Of a stretch of DNA of 64,000 bases, positions 50,402 to 60,995 are shown piece by piece; position 1 is the first letter of the stretch, and every line of letters starts with the position of its first letter. The notes under the pieces are model-generated. The model was not told where the DNA came from. It saw only the letters and a list, made by a program, of their open reading frames with translations, and made no database searches. This DNA is from an uncultured virus (IMG/VR IMGVR_UViG_3300025867_000015) (lineage: Duplodnaviria > Heunggongvirae > Uroviricota > Caudoviricetes). The translations under genes were made by a program, and so were the position numbers. Where the stretch lies: positions 1 to 64,000 of IMG/VR virus record IMGVR_UViG_3300025867_000015. One strand, given 5' to 3'.

Positions 50402-51153
50402 ATTCCAGTTTTTTTATCCCAAATTATAACGTGTTCTCTTGTTGTATATCTTACATTTTCACGTATTGAAATCTCTACTACTCTCTCTCTATTTTCAATT
50501 AACTCCTGACGTGTTGCGCCTAAAGGCATTAAAACAACTTGATCTTTTCTAATTAATCTTTTATCTAAAAAGTCTGACTTAATCTCTTTCCAATCTTCTT
50601 CTTTACTAATTACAAACTTAAACCAAGCATTCTTTAAAGATGAGAGATAAGAGAGTATACGAGGTTGATAACGAATAAAATCTGCACTCCCTGAGTCTAG
50701 TAACTTAGGTGAATTATTCCATAAATCAACTATATCAACTAATTGGTCATGTGGCATTAAAGTACATTCATTCTCGATCTCAATATAAGGTTTAAATTCA
50801 TAACGCTTAATAAACTCTTGTATAAATCTAACTACATTGTCTTGTTGCAACATAGGCGAACCACCTGTCAATACTAAATGTTGTCCCTCTCTAAACTTTC
50901 GAACAAGATCAAATTTCTCAATCAATTCAAAAAGCTCTTCAAATGTATAGGGGTTGCCAAAACGCCATACTTCCAAGGTATCACAATATGAACAAACGGA
51001 TGTACACCCCTGTAATCTTAAAAAAGTTGCTGGGTACCCTACAAAATTTTCTCCTTGAATTGTATCACAGAAAAACTCAGCAACATTCAAATAATTAATC
51101 TGTGGCTTTTCTTTTTTAAATGAAGGATTACCTTCAATCATAATTTTACTCAT
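50398..51153 (-). CDS. queE: 7-carboxy-7-deazaguanine synthase (radical SAM)
   Basis: TIQGE, FLRLQGCTSVCSYCDT, LTGG.P, SPKL; start placed at the ATG at 51153. Confidence 0.92.
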   Translation of the reverse strand: MSKIMIEGNPSFKKEKPQINYLNVAEFFCDTIQGENFVGYPATFLRLQGCTSVCSYCDTLEVWRFGNPYTFEELFELIEKFDLVRKFREGQHLVLTGGSPMLQQDNVVRFIQEFIKRYEFKPYIEIENECTLMPHDQLVDIVDLWNNSPKLLDSGSADFIRYQPRILSYLSSLKNAWFKFVISKEEDWKEIKSDFLDKRLIRKDQVVLMPLGATRQELIENRERVVEISIRENVRYTTREHVIIWDKKTGI

Positions 51154-51718
51154 ATATACTTCGTGATTTAGGAGTTTCAAAAAACTCAACTCTATGAACT
51201 TGAACATCTAATTCTGACATCTTCTTCTGAACAATGTCAAATATCCACTTAGAGAGATTTTCTGAAGTTGGAACGAAATTGACAAACACCATCCCTTCAT
51301 ATAGTTCTCGATAGGATGTTATAAATGAACTATAAAGCTTTTGTTTTATTGTCATTGCGCCATATTCATCAATATTAAATAACTCTTTATCCACTACAGA
51401 ATACTGTTTATTATCATTACGTTTCTCTTTTATTAATTCTGAAAACCAACCACTCACGACCAACGGATCATGAATATCTATAATAAATTTATGATCTAGT
51501 GTATCATCTAACCACTTTTTAAACCAATTCAAATGTTTAAAATCAGTAACCATTCCACTCTTCAACTCTTCTCCAGATAATGAAATATTAACTACTCCCT
51601 GATGTCCATGTAAGTGTCTACACTTTAAACATGAATCTAAAGAAAAATCAGTATTTAATGTTTGAGACCAAACACGATGGCCATAACAAAAATCAAACTG
51701 CTTAGTGATTATCCACAT
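51146..51718 (-). CDS. queD: 6-carboxy-tetrahydropterin synthase
   Basis: FCYGHR, CRHLHGH, GMVTDF, LDH, PTSEN, ETP. Confidence 0.93.
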   Translation of the reverse strand: MWIITKQFDFCYGHRVWSQTLNTDFSLDSCLKCRHLHGHQGVVNISLSGEELKSGMVTDFKHLNWFKKWLDDTLDHKFIIDIHDPLVVSGWFSELIKEKRNDNKQYSVVDKELFNIDEYGAMTIKQKLYSSFITSYRELYEGMVFVNFVPTSENLSKWIFDIVQKKMSELDVQVHRVEFFETPKSRSIYE

Positions 51719-51780
51719 AGTTTCTTAATTTGAAGTTTTAAAATTAATAAATAATTTTCAATTCTAATATAAAATCTATA

Positions 51781-52275
51781 TTAAAAATTTATCAATTTAT
51801 CAGTTAAAATTCTCGAAATGAATTCATAACTAAATCTACGTGTAAAACCATTAATCTCAGCTACTACACAATTATCATTACCAAGATTCTTAATTATCTT
51901 AGTACACACCATACCACCATTATCTCTTATTTGTATACTTGTACCCTCTGAAAACCAATAATTCTTGTCCCATCGTCCCATCATTCTGATTGATTCTTCA
52001 TCTCTATACTCAAAATTAGGTAATCCATACGGGTTAAAAAATTTATTAATATAACTCTCTCTTACAGATGTATTATTAAATATGGATGGCAAATTATTTT
52101 TACTACCAATTTTATCAATCTTTTCTTTCTTAAGAACACAATATTGTTTATACTTCTCTGAATACTTACCAGGATAAATAACTGATCTGACATAATAGGA
52201 GATATACTCCATCTGGAGTATAGAGTAATACTCTGTAAGTGGCAAATTACGAGATTTAGTTACTTGAGAAGTCAT
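51781..52275 (-). CDS. Hypothetical protein
   Basis: 164 aa, abutting the primase gene. Confidence 0.55.
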   Translation of the reverse strand: MTSQVTKSRNLPLTEYYSILQMEYISYYVRSVIYPGKYSEKYKQYCVLKKEKIDKIGSKNNLPSIFNNTSVRESYINKFFNPYGLPNFEYRDEESIRMMGRWDKNYWFSEGTSIQIRDNGGMVCTKIIKNLGNDNCVVAEINGFTRRFSYEFISRILTDKLINF

Positions 52276-53240
52276 TATTTATAAGATTTTAATTGTAAAA
52301 AAAATTGCATAAAATTCTTAAGATTCTTTAACAAATAACATAAATATTCAAAACTCATATTCCCAGGGTCAATATTTTCATCTGATAATAATGCCACATC
52401 TACTTCAAACATTGTTAATAATTTACTACCAGCATCCTTCATACTATCTATAGTTCCCAAATCATACATCAAAATAACTCTTTTTATAGTTGAAGGAATT
52501 AAATTAATTTGATCAATTGATAAGCTACTCCCAAATGTAAAACAACACTTTATATCATCAATGTCATCCAATCTCAACAACCTATCTACATTAGCCTTAT
52601 CAAATAACCCTTCTACTAGTATTAATGTATGTGTCTTATCATTTATTTCATCTAACCCTCCAAGCATTTTCGAAAAATCATTGTTCGAGTTTCTATACCT
52701 TAAAACAAGTGGTTCACCTAACTCTTTATGTCTTCTTAAATTTTCATGATGCCATTCCTTACTATTTCTTGATCTAGCTATCCAACCACTTAAAACCCCA
52801 TTTTGAAATATCTTAAATACTATCATATTATCTACTCTAGGGTCTACATCAGACTTACACACATTAAATTTTCTATATTGATAATCTAAAAACCCTCTAT
52901 CATTAAGATAATCATCATAATTAATATCTATTAAACATAATGGTAATTCAACTTCTTTATTTACTTCATTAACCGTTTTAGATAGCGTAGGCAATGTTTT
53001 TTCTTCTTCATAATAATATTCCTTATCCAATAAATCTAACCTACTTACACTCTTTAATACTGAAAATAATGAATAAGATTTAGAACAATAAAAACACTTA
53101 CAAACAGCACTATTATCAGTAAATAAAACACCAAATTTGTCATTACGTCCACATTCTGGACAAAATAAATTACCTCTAAGCCACCCTTTTTGACCAAACT
53201 TCTTTAAATTAAACTCTGATATTATCTTACTTTTATTCAT
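52275..53240 (-). CDS. DNA primase
   Basis: CPEC...CFYC Zn finger; TOPRIM LVEGLFD, MYD, DPG. Confidence 0.88.
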   Translation of the reverse strand: MNKSKIISEFNLKKFGQKGWLRGNLFCPECGRNDKFGVLFTDNSAVCKCFYCSKSYSLFSVLKSVSRLDLLDKEYYYEEEKTLPTLSKTVNEVNKEVELPLCLIDINYDDYLNDRGFLDYQYRKFNVCKSDVDPRVDNMIVFKIFQNGVLSGWIARSRNSKEWHHENLRRHKELGEPLVLRYRNSNNDFSKMLGGLDEINDKTHTLILVEGLFDKANVDRLLRLDDIDDIKCCFTFGSSLSIDQINLIPSTIKRVILMYDLGTIDSMKDAGSKLLTMFEVDVALLSDENIDPGNMSFEYLCYLLKNLKNFMQFFLQLKSYK

Positions 53241-54609
53241 CTTTATTATATATATCTTTGTAAATCTTTAATGTTCTAGTATTATCATAAAACCTCCCTA
53301 AACTGTAGTTAGTAGCAATAGGATAGGTTCTTTCTGAAGGACTATAATATCTAAATTTATCACAAAAAATTCTCATTACTCTTCTTTTTTCTTCATCTAT
53401 TGTTTGGTTCCCCGTTAAAACAAAACTATAAGAATTAGCAATATTTTTATCTCCCATAGAGTCTGAACGTGTAATAACCTTATCTGGGTCATTCCATATC
53501 ATAATAGGGACATCAGATGTTTGGGTCGCCGTAATCCCCCGCATATCAAACTCATTACACAAATTCTTAAATTTTCTTGAAGCATTATTCAATTTCATTT
53601 TGATTGACTGGGTATCTACACCATAATGTAACCCATCTCCGGGATGACATAAATCTATACTATCTAGAATTAATATATCTGGAAACTTCCCCTTTTCTTT
53701 ATTATATTCTATAATACTGTCTCTAACATCTAACATTGAAGCCTCATCAAATTGTTCAAAAGAACGTATTGCAATATCTTGTCTATTAACTACCATCTGT
53801 TGAGCTATAGAAAGTAATTTGTCATACTCATCGCCTTCTATATTACCATTCTTAACTTTACTATAATTGACAGCAGACCATACCTGTGTATACTTATCAT
53901 ACGCTTCATCTTCACTACCTTCCAATTGAATATGTAATACATCATACCCTAATCTACAAGCATACATCCCATGCCATTTTAATACTGTTGACTTACCTAC
54001 TCCTGATCTCATTATCCAAAGAACTGTATCTTTCCTATCTATACCTCCCTCTGATAAAGTGTCTAAAGGTAAAATACCAAATGGTATTTTTGTTCTATCT
54101 ATCTTCTCTTCTTTATTAATGGCCTTTTCTAATTGAACACGTTGAAAATCATTAAAAACATATAAAAATTTACTTGACCCCTTAAAAATTGAAAACTCTG
54201 CTATCTCAACACTATTCTTAGACATAACTTCAATAGCTCTCTTTCTATCCCCACTCTTATGAATTTCTATGACATCATCCCATAATAACTGAAATCTTAT
54301 ATCTTTAATATAATTTTCTAATTGGTGAAGTACAGGTTCTGGATCTACAATATCACAATCTTTTATCTTATTTAATTCAAATAATACCTTATCATCATTT
54401 TTATTCTTTTCATAAATTACTCCAAAAGTCGGTAATTTCCCAGTTAATTTAAAATGATTAATTATATCTTTGTATATCTGTTTTAATTCTGGGGTAGGTA
54501 AATATTGATACTTCAAATTCTCCTGTAATCTCTCTACAATACTCTTCTTTAAAAAACACAAACGGAATATCTCTTCTATGAATTTAGTACTAAGAACTTC
54601 ATTAGCCAT
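53233..54609 (-). CDS. Replicative DnaB/gp41-like helicase
   Basis: RSGVGKS Walker A, HIQLE, ILDSID, TATQ, DKFR. Confidence 0.88.
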   Translation of the reverse strand: MANEVLSTKFIEEIFRLCFLKKSIVERLQENLKYQYLPTPELKQIYKDIINHFKLTGKLPTFGVIYEKNKNDDKVLFELNKIKDCDIVDPEPVLHQLENYIKDIRFQLLWDDVIEIHKSGDRKRAIEVMSKNSVEIAEFSIFKGSSKFLYVFNDFQRVQLEKAINKEEKIDRTKIPFGILPLDTLSEGGIDRKDTVLWIMRSGVGKSTVLKWHGMYACRLGYDVLHIQLEGSEDEAYDKYTQVWSAVNYSKVKNGNIEGDEYDKLLSIAQQMVVNRQDIAIRSFEQFDEASMLDVRDSIIEYNKEKGKFPDILILDSIDLCHPGDGLHYGVDTQSIKMKLNNASRKFKNLCNEFDMRGITATQTSDVPIMIWNDPDKVITRSDSMGDKNIANSYSFVLTGNQTIDEEKRRVMRIFCDKFRYYSPSERTYPIATNYSLGRFYDNTRTLKIYKDIYNKDE

Positions 54610-54646
54610 TGTTACGAAATTTTAAGTTATAAAATAATAAATCTCT

Positions 54647-56329
54647 TTATACCCAGAAAGATTCAAACCGTAAATCTTTTTCTCTTAATTCATTTACTGC
54701 CATAAATGAAGACATTGGTATATCATCATGTTGATCACTAGATTCTAATTTTCCTGTGTCTTCATTAAAAGTTATTGAATTAAACTCCCCAAAAATCAAA
54801 TTAGTTGTATTTCTTGTATCTTCATCATCTCTAAACGGCAATTTTAATTGGCCTCTCTCAAACATTGCACTCATAGCTGGTAATCCATTATATAAATCCT
54901 TTTTAATACCTGAAGTAGTAGTAAATCCTTCTATATTCTTAAGTCCTCTGGCTCTAGCCATATCACTTAATATCCCTTGAAATCCATTATCTTCACAAAC
55001 TACTTTATTAGGTTTGAATCTTTGATCCAAACTTACTATTTGATTAATTTGTTCATCATGAGATGCACCTTGCTTACGCCAAATATGTAGTAAATATAAA
55101 TTCTTAAACTTATCTCGACCCCATACAGTATATACAGTATAATCTGCTCCTATTGCTCCAGAAATAGCAAAGTCACAACCAACAACAACTCTTTCTAATT
55201 TGATCGGGAATGATTCAATATTATCAACATACCCTATATTCTCCATACCTATAACTGATCTCATAAGATATTCATATGGAAACAAAGAAGAAGAATCTGA
55301 AATAGGGGATACTAAAATCTCTCTAGCAAATACTATAGTCCCTAATGACTTTTTCAACTCCATCAAATAATCATATGTAAATCTATCAGGAGCTAACAAT
55401 TCTTTATTAGGAAGTATGCCTGGGTATGTGAACACTTTAAACATTTGATCTTTCATCAAATCACCATATAAATCTTGCTGATGAAAAGGGGTACCAGATA
55501 CTAAATTATATCCACCTTGTTCAACAATTGACTTTATTTCAGCATAAAATACTTCGTGAAACTTACCTCTTTGATCTTTAGAATACAAACAACTTTTATC
55601 TAAAAAATCGTCTGTAATAGAACTACCCACATGAAGACCACGTATAAATGATCCATATGATCTTTTATGTAAAATTGCACCAGCTTCTGAAGTAATACCC
55701 TCTTTGCCTAAATTAGCTCCACCAGTTGGATTAATCTTCTCTCCTAATACATCATTTATCTTTATCTCCTCTACAATTTTACTAATATGTAAATTACCTA
55801 ATCTTGACTCATTTGTGATTAAACAAGTCTCTTTTCTTAACAAATTATCTTTAGTATCTGGGATAAGTGGATGAGGCCTTCTATACGAATATAACCTCCA
55901 AAGTGGAAATGCATATGTAAATTCAAAACTTTTACCACTACCACGTTGGCATAGATACCCAGACCAAGGGTAAAGTTGAACTAAATTGCCCCACTCTAAA
56001 TTTCTCCAATTCTGAGTAAAATTAGTTAAACATGTTGATTTAAAATAATTATATGAAAGTATTTTATATTGATCATCTAAACTCTTTTCAAAATAATCTA
56101 AATATTCTAATTTCTCAGAATCTAAACTTGAAACATTATTATTTATAACATTATTAGTCTGAACAAGCAATTCAGATAACAATTTATTCAAATCATTATC
56201 ATAACCTTCTAACAGTTCCTTTAAAGCAACATCAGGCAAATTCTTAATTATCTCTTCAACATATCTATATACATTTTGTATCTGTAATTTCGTTAATGCT
56301 TTCTTGTGAGTCGATAATGAGTATGACAT
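54647..56329 (-). CDS. Terminase large subunit
   Basis: RGSGKS, RGLH...DD, GTP, nuclease GCDFA..DYTV, HDD. Confidence 0.9.
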   Translation of the reverse strand: MSYSLSTHKKALTKLQIQNVYRYVEEIIKNLPDVALKELLEGYDNDLNKLLSELLVQTNNVINNNVSSLDSEKLEYLDYFEKSLDDQYKILSYNYFKSTCLTNFTQNWRNLEWGNLVQLYPWSGYLCQRGSGKSFEFTYAFPLWRLYSYRRPHPLIPDTKDNLLRKETCLITNESRLGNLHISKIVEEIKINDVLGEKINPTGGANLGKEGITSEAGAILHKRSYGSFIRGLHVGSSITDDFLDKSCLYSKDQRGKFHEVFYAEIKSIVEQGGYNLVSGTPFHQQDLYGDLMKDQMFKVFTYPGILPNKELLAPDRFTYDYLMELKKSLGTIVFAREILVSPISDSSSLFPYEYLMRSVIGMENIGYVDNIESFPIKLERVVVGCDFAISGAIGADYTVYTVWGRDKFKNLYLLHIWRKQGASHDEQINQIVSLDQRFKPNKVVCEDNGFQGILSDMARARGLKNIEGFTTTSGIKKDLYNGLPAMSAMFERGQLKLPFRDDEDTRNTTNLIFGEFNSITFNEDTGKLESSDQHDDIPMSSFMAVNELREKDLRFESFWV

Positions 56330-56979
56330 TATAATTCAAATTTTACTCTATATGTATTTTTAACTTCAGACTGATCATTACAACTGGTTGACATACCACG
56401 CAACCTCTTCATAAATTCAATCCATAATTTAGCAGTAGCAATAGTATCACTTAATGCTCTGTGTGCGTCTTGTAATGTTATATTAGCATTCTCACAACAA
56501 GTCCCTAACTTATAATTAACAGATTCTACCCATGCCAATCGTGACCATTTAATAGTGTCTTCAGGTTCAGGGTTAACATACTTCATCAAATCAAATTTAC
56601 AAAATTCAAACATATTCAACATAAATTCAGAGTCAAATTTGATAAAATTATGTCCTAATAATACTGGTAACTTAGTTCCCACTTTATATTTTTTAAATAC
56701 ATCAATAACTTTCATACAGACTTCTTTTAAATCTTCCCCTTGCTCTTCTACCATTTCTTTAGTTATACCAGATGTAACAGCTGCTTCTTGTGAATATACT
56801 AAACCTTCTTTATAGGGTTTAATCAACCATGAATACTGATCAATTATTTCTAATTCTTTTGATACAACCACTAAAGCTATTTCAGTCAAAGCAATATCAA
56901 ATACTGCTTTCTTAATCTTACTGGGGAGCCCCCCAGTTTCTACATCTATTACAATAAAATTTTGATATGGACTATCCAT
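56329..56979 (-). CDS. DEDDh 3'-5' exonuclease (Pol III epsilon-like)
   Basis: IDVETGG, GHNF..FD, HRALSD. Confidence 0.9.
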   Translation of the reverse strand: MDSPYQNFIVIDVETGGLPSKIKKAVFDIALTEIALVVVSKELEIIDQYSWLIKPYKEGLVYSQEAAVTSGITKEMVEEQGEDLKEVCMKVIDVFKKYKVGTKLPVLLGHNFIKFDSEFMLNMFEFCKFDLMKYVNPEPEDTIKWSRLAWVESVNYKLGTCCENANITLQDAHRALSDTIATAKLWIEFMKRLRGMSTSCNDQSEVKNTYRVKFEL

Positions 56980-57175
56980 TCTTTTTAAGATTATATAGTT
57001 TTACACATTTAATTTCGCTATTCAATACAATTATATTACCACCTAAATATTTAGGTAAATGTCCACGTCTAATATAAGATTGAACATCACTAATAGTAAA
57101 CTTTTTACCAGTCTTCTTCTTATAATTTTCATTAAGATAACTTACTAAAAAAGTAAGTGTTATGTTTGTTAACAT
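56972..57175 (-). CDS. Small DNA-binding-like protein
   Basis: FTISDVQSYIRRGHLP resembles a MerR/excisionase-like HTH. Confidence 0.4.
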   Translation of the reverse strand: MLTNITLTFLVSYLNENYKKKTGKKFTISDVQSYIRRGHLPKYLGGNIIVLNSEIKCVKLYNLKKNG

Positions 57176-57206
57176 TTTTCATAAACATAAAAAATAAATC
57201 GAAATA

Positions 57207-57719
57207 CTATCTTAAAAATAACCCTCTATATAATTCCATATAATCATCTAATTTCTTAAGAACACTATCTCTATCTTCTAAATTATCATATTCTAAAATT
57301 TCGTTAGCATAAAATGGTACTTGTTTCGCATTATCTGGAGTAGGGTTCAATCTTATAACATAGATTATACCATCTTTTTCAGATACCCAATCTACAGAAT
57401 CATACCCGATCAATAAAAATAAATCTAATCTTCGACCACAAGTATTTAAATACCTAAGAAATAATGGATTACTATTATCACCCTCTTTACTATTAGTAAT
57501 ATTTGTATTTACTTCTAATAAGGCTAAAGCAATATCATCATCTGATTTATATTTATAATTATTCAATATTTCAACCACATCTTTAAATCTCAGTTTCTTA
57601 AATAACTCAATAATCTCAGTAACTATCTGTCCATCTATATCAGAAATAGGATGGATGAGTTTATCCTTGATTTCATCTGGGTATCTATCAGATGCTGCCT
57701 TTAGATATTTGTTCATCAA
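57207..57719 (-). CDS. Hypothetical protein
   Basis: 170-aa ORF in operon. Confidence 0.5.
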   Translation of the reverse strand: MMNKYLKAASDRYPDEIKDKLIHPISDIDGQIVTEIIELFKKLRFKDVVEILNNYKYKSDDDIALALLEVNTNITNSKEGDNSNPLFLRYLNTCGRRLDLFLLIGYDSVDWVSEKDGIIYVIRLNPTPDNAKQVPFYANEILEYDNLEDRDSVLKKLDDYMELYRGLFLR

Positions 57720-58212
57720 ATAATTCTTGTATTATTTCTTGGTTCATTTTAAAAATTTTCATATTCTCTCTATCACCACTTTCCCACCTAGTATGATCTC
57801 TTTGACATAATCTATTAAAATTTTTCTTATTTCTTCTAAATTCTGGATATGCTCCCTTACTCAATATATGTGAATACTGATATCTATCTATAACAAAACC
57901 ATTACTGTCTCTAAAAATATCTGGCAATTCTGTCTCACACTCTGCACACTTATTTGGTTGACTGCAAAAAACTTCATAATATACTTCTTCATCCAACCTG
58001 AGTTCTTCTTTACGTTTATCAATTCTTTCTTGCTTCAAATTACTAATAACACTTGATTTCTTTTTCTTTACTATACTTTTATTTCTTTGCTTATCTAATT
58101 CATATTCAAACTTATTCTTACCATGTAATCTAATAAAATTACAATTATCACATAAACAGTATTTCTTATTTGTTACATAAGAACTACCACATTTAACACA
58201 ACCGTCTGACAT
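57688..58212 (-). CDS. Zn-binding HNH/NinG-like nuclease
   Basis: CVKC..CDNC, CAEC, SHILSKGAYPEFR...N...LC..DH..W. Confidence 0.7.
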   Translation of the reverse strand: MSDGCVKCGSSYVTNKKYCLCDNCNFIRLHGKNKFEYELDKQRNKSIVKKKKSSVISNLKQERIDKRKEELRLDEEVYYEVFCSQPNKCAECETELPDIFRDSNGFVIDRYQYSHILSKGAYPEFRRNKKNFNRLCQRDHTRWESGDRENMKIFKMNQEIIQELFDEQISKGSI

Positions 58213-58684
58213 GATTATAACAAATTTGGTAATTAATACAACATTTACAAATATCAGAACTATCGCTAAATAAACTTAATTCATCACAATATAATAATCT
58301 ATCATTTATATCAGTAAATCTTAATTTCTCTCTCTCATTATGTTCTTTTATATTTAATTTATCAAATTCTCTATTAATACCTAATTTTCTTCTAAATTCA
58401 TTAGCAAAATAAACTTGTTGTTCTGTCCTATTCTCCCATCTCTCAATTGCCTTATCACCAAAAATCCAATTCAAATAAACCCTATCGAATCGTGTTTTCA
58501 TACCATCATAATATGAAAACTGAAAAATAATAAAATCTAACAACCACTGTTCTCCAACATTAATATTAATCTTATCTATAAAATCTTTTATTAATTTCTC
58601 AACTTTATCATTCTTAAAATGATATTCAAAACCATATATCTGCATGTATACTTTATTAAATATATCTTTAACCAAATCTATCAT
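58193..58684 (-). CDS. Hypothetical protein
   Basis: 163 aa with Cys-rich C-terminus. Confidence 0.5.
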   Translation of the reverse strand: MIDLVKDIFNKVYMQIYGFEYHFKNDKVEKLIKDFIDKININVGEQWLLDFIIFQFSYYDGMKTRFDRVYLNWIFGDKAIERWENRTEQQVYFANEFRRKLGINREFDKLNIKEHNEREKLRFTDINDRLLYCDELSLFSDSSDICKCCINYQICYNHVRRLC

Positions 58685-58761
58685 TTAAATATAAATTTTA
58701 TATTTTAATTTATAAAATTATATAATTTATCAATATAAACTTTAAAAAACCAAAAATATTT

Positions 58762-59325
58762 TTACCACTGAAAATTAATATCAATAATATCCTCTTTAGA
58801 AAGTTCCACCTCATTATAATGATATGGATCACTAGAGTCTTGTTGATATATAGAATTTTGTTCTAACTTAATAGCATCTAAATTTAATTCTCTTTCAAAC
58901 CAAATACCAAGCATACCACCTGAAGCTATACTGCCTATACTAATTTTATTATCTTCTCCATCAGCTTCATAAAATGTTGCATACAATGGTTTACTCTCAT
59001 TACTACTAATATGTTCCATAAATTCTATACCGTCTGTATCAGTAGCTAAATCGACAATAGCTACCCTAAATTTAGAAGAACAAGAACTTGGATATTTAAA
59101 CCAAAAATATACATCTGAATGTGCTACAGAATCTTCATTAACTAAAATTAGACCAATATATTTATTACTGTTGTTATTCTTAACAGTATACATTGATATG
59201 TCACTAAACAAATTTTCAAATCTATTACTCTCAACTAAATTAGCAGATTTATATCCACCTAAACTTAGTTCAGGTTTAAATTGGACATCATTCTGAGCTG
59301 ATGCTACAGTATAGTATAATTTCAT
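58762..59325 (-). CDS. Putative tail/baseplate-associated protein
   Basis: SLGGYKS..LFSDIS..GIWFER; last gene of the structural block. Confidence 0.5.
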   Translation of the reverse strand: MKLYYTVASAQNDVQFKPELSLGGYKSANLVESNRFENLFSDISMYTVKNNNSNKYIGLILVNEDSVAHSDVYFWFKYPSSCSSKFRVAIVDLATDTDGIEFMEHISSNESKPLYATFYEADGEDNKISIGSIASGGMLGIWFERELNLDAIKLEQNSIYQQDSSDPYHYNEVELSKEDIIDINFQW

Positions 59326-59328
59326 TTC

Positions 59329-60993
59329 TTAGAAGTATATAATTACTGTTTTATAACAATTCCCAATGCCAGTTGTGGTCATAATCGTTACTAACCCATT
59401 AATATCTATAGTAACCTTACCAGTCATCTCTATACTATCATAAGATTGTAGAAAATCTACCACTTTATGAGAAAATGTAAATGGCACTACAAAAGTAATA
59501 GGTACCGCTACAGATATTGCAATGCGTTCTATATTAATTACTAATTTATTTACATCATATTTATAATACACCTTATTAGTAGCAGTACTTATAAGAGCAG
59601 AATTAGTATCATACATCTTATCAACTTGAACCCAAGGAGAATCTACCCAACTTGAATTGATATTTACTAAATTCCAAACATTATCTTTATCTAAAACTAA
59701 ATGTATAATACTACCACTCTTTATCACAACTCTTGGCCCTACTACATAATTAAGAGCATAATCATTAGTCTTTATAGACCAAGCTACAGCTGGATCAGAA
59801 TTTACTTTTACTCCAATTGTTAAATCGACACTACTATCATCTAATTTTAAAAACAAAGAAGTCCCTGGTAATACTGATTTAGTACAAGTAATACTAACTA
59901 ATTCATATCCACCAGTAGCAGTTATATAAAACAATGATCCATTCCTATCAGGAATAACTAGACTACTAGTATTATTCCCATTCGTTAATGTAATAGGAGT
60001 AACAGCTGATATAGAATCTAAATAATATTCTAAAAATGAAGCAAACGAGGGCACAGCTGTTGAAAAAGTCTTTTTACCTGTAATTGTCTGAACTAAACTC
60101 TTATATACTATATCAGGTGAATAAGCAAAATTGAACAAATAATCGCCTCTCAGATCCACTACAGTAAATGCCCCACCTGAACCAAACACTAATTTACAAA
60201 TAATAAAACCACCTGCCCCTGTTATATCTGATGCTGTCTCCGTAAACGTTAATTTCCCATTAGCAGTAACATATGAAAATTTATTTGTCAAACTGCCTTG
60301 AATATCTAAATCATAAGACCCAACAATCAACATTTTTACATTAGTTTCATTACTTACTATACCTGAAATAATAATATTATTATCATCTATAATTGATATT
60401 ACTTCATATGTCTCACTATTAACAGCTGCTGCACCAAGTTCTGTATAAAATCGTATTTTAGTAGGATTCTTCAGAGATTGTCCTCTTAATTTCGTAAAAT
60501 CTCCCCCAGTTATAGTAACCTGGTTAGAAGAAGAAATATTACACAACCCAACCTCTAATGGATCCCAAATAGGGGAGAGACCCATATAAACTTCATCTCC
60601 ACTACCATAAGTTTCTATACCATCAACTGTGATATTATCAGTCTCTTCCCATTTTAACAATGTCACTAATTGCTTAGAAAGAGAGTTATTATAATACTCC
60701 AACCCTGATACTTTCTTTGTTGTTGTATTTTCAACACACAGAACACCACGTCCAACTCCAACCTTTAATGTATTATAACCCTCAACTTGAACAGATCCTA
60801 ATGATACTTTAAAAAAATCATTTATTAATGAACTTGTATTAGTATCATAAGCATCTAAAGACCCTCCCACTAAATCTGAATTACGATTATATCGTAATAC
60901 ATTACCAACTAACTCTCTCAAAGATTCATCCCAAAGTCTTAATTCTTCTTTAGAAATTATCTGTTTACTATTGAAATTAGGTGTCTGTTGCAT
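59329..60993 (-). CDS. Putative tail fibre/baseplate protein
   Basis: 554 aa, beta-rich; QTITGKKTF fibre-like motif. Confidence 0.55.
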   Translation of the reverse strand: MQQTPNFNSKQIISKEELRLWDESLRELVGNVLRYNRNSDLVGGSLDAYDTNTSSLINDFFKVSLGSVQVEGYNTLKVGVGRGVLCVENTTTKKVSGLEYYNNSLSKQLVTLLKWEETDNITVDGIETYGSGDEVYMGLSPIWDPLEVGLCNISSSNQVTITGGDFTKLRGQSLKNPTKIRFYTELGAAAVNSETYEVISIIDDNNIIISGIVSNETNVKMLIVGSYDLDIQGSLTNKFSYVTANGKLTFTETASDITGAGGFIICKLVFGSGGAFTVVDLRGDYLFNFAYSPDIVYKSLVQTITGKKTFSTAVPSFASFLEYYLDSISAVTPITLTNGNNTSSLVIPDRNGSLFYITATGGYELVSITCTKSVLPGTSLFLKLDDSSVDLTIGVKVNSDPAVAWSIKTNDYALNYVVGPRVVIKSGSIIHLVLDKDNVWNLVNINSSWVDSPWVQVDKMYDTNSALISTATNKVYYKYDVNKLVINIERIAISVAVPITFVVPFTFSHKVVDFLQSYDSIEMTGKVTIDINGLVTIMTTTGIGNCYKTVIIYF

Positions 60994-60995
60994 TT

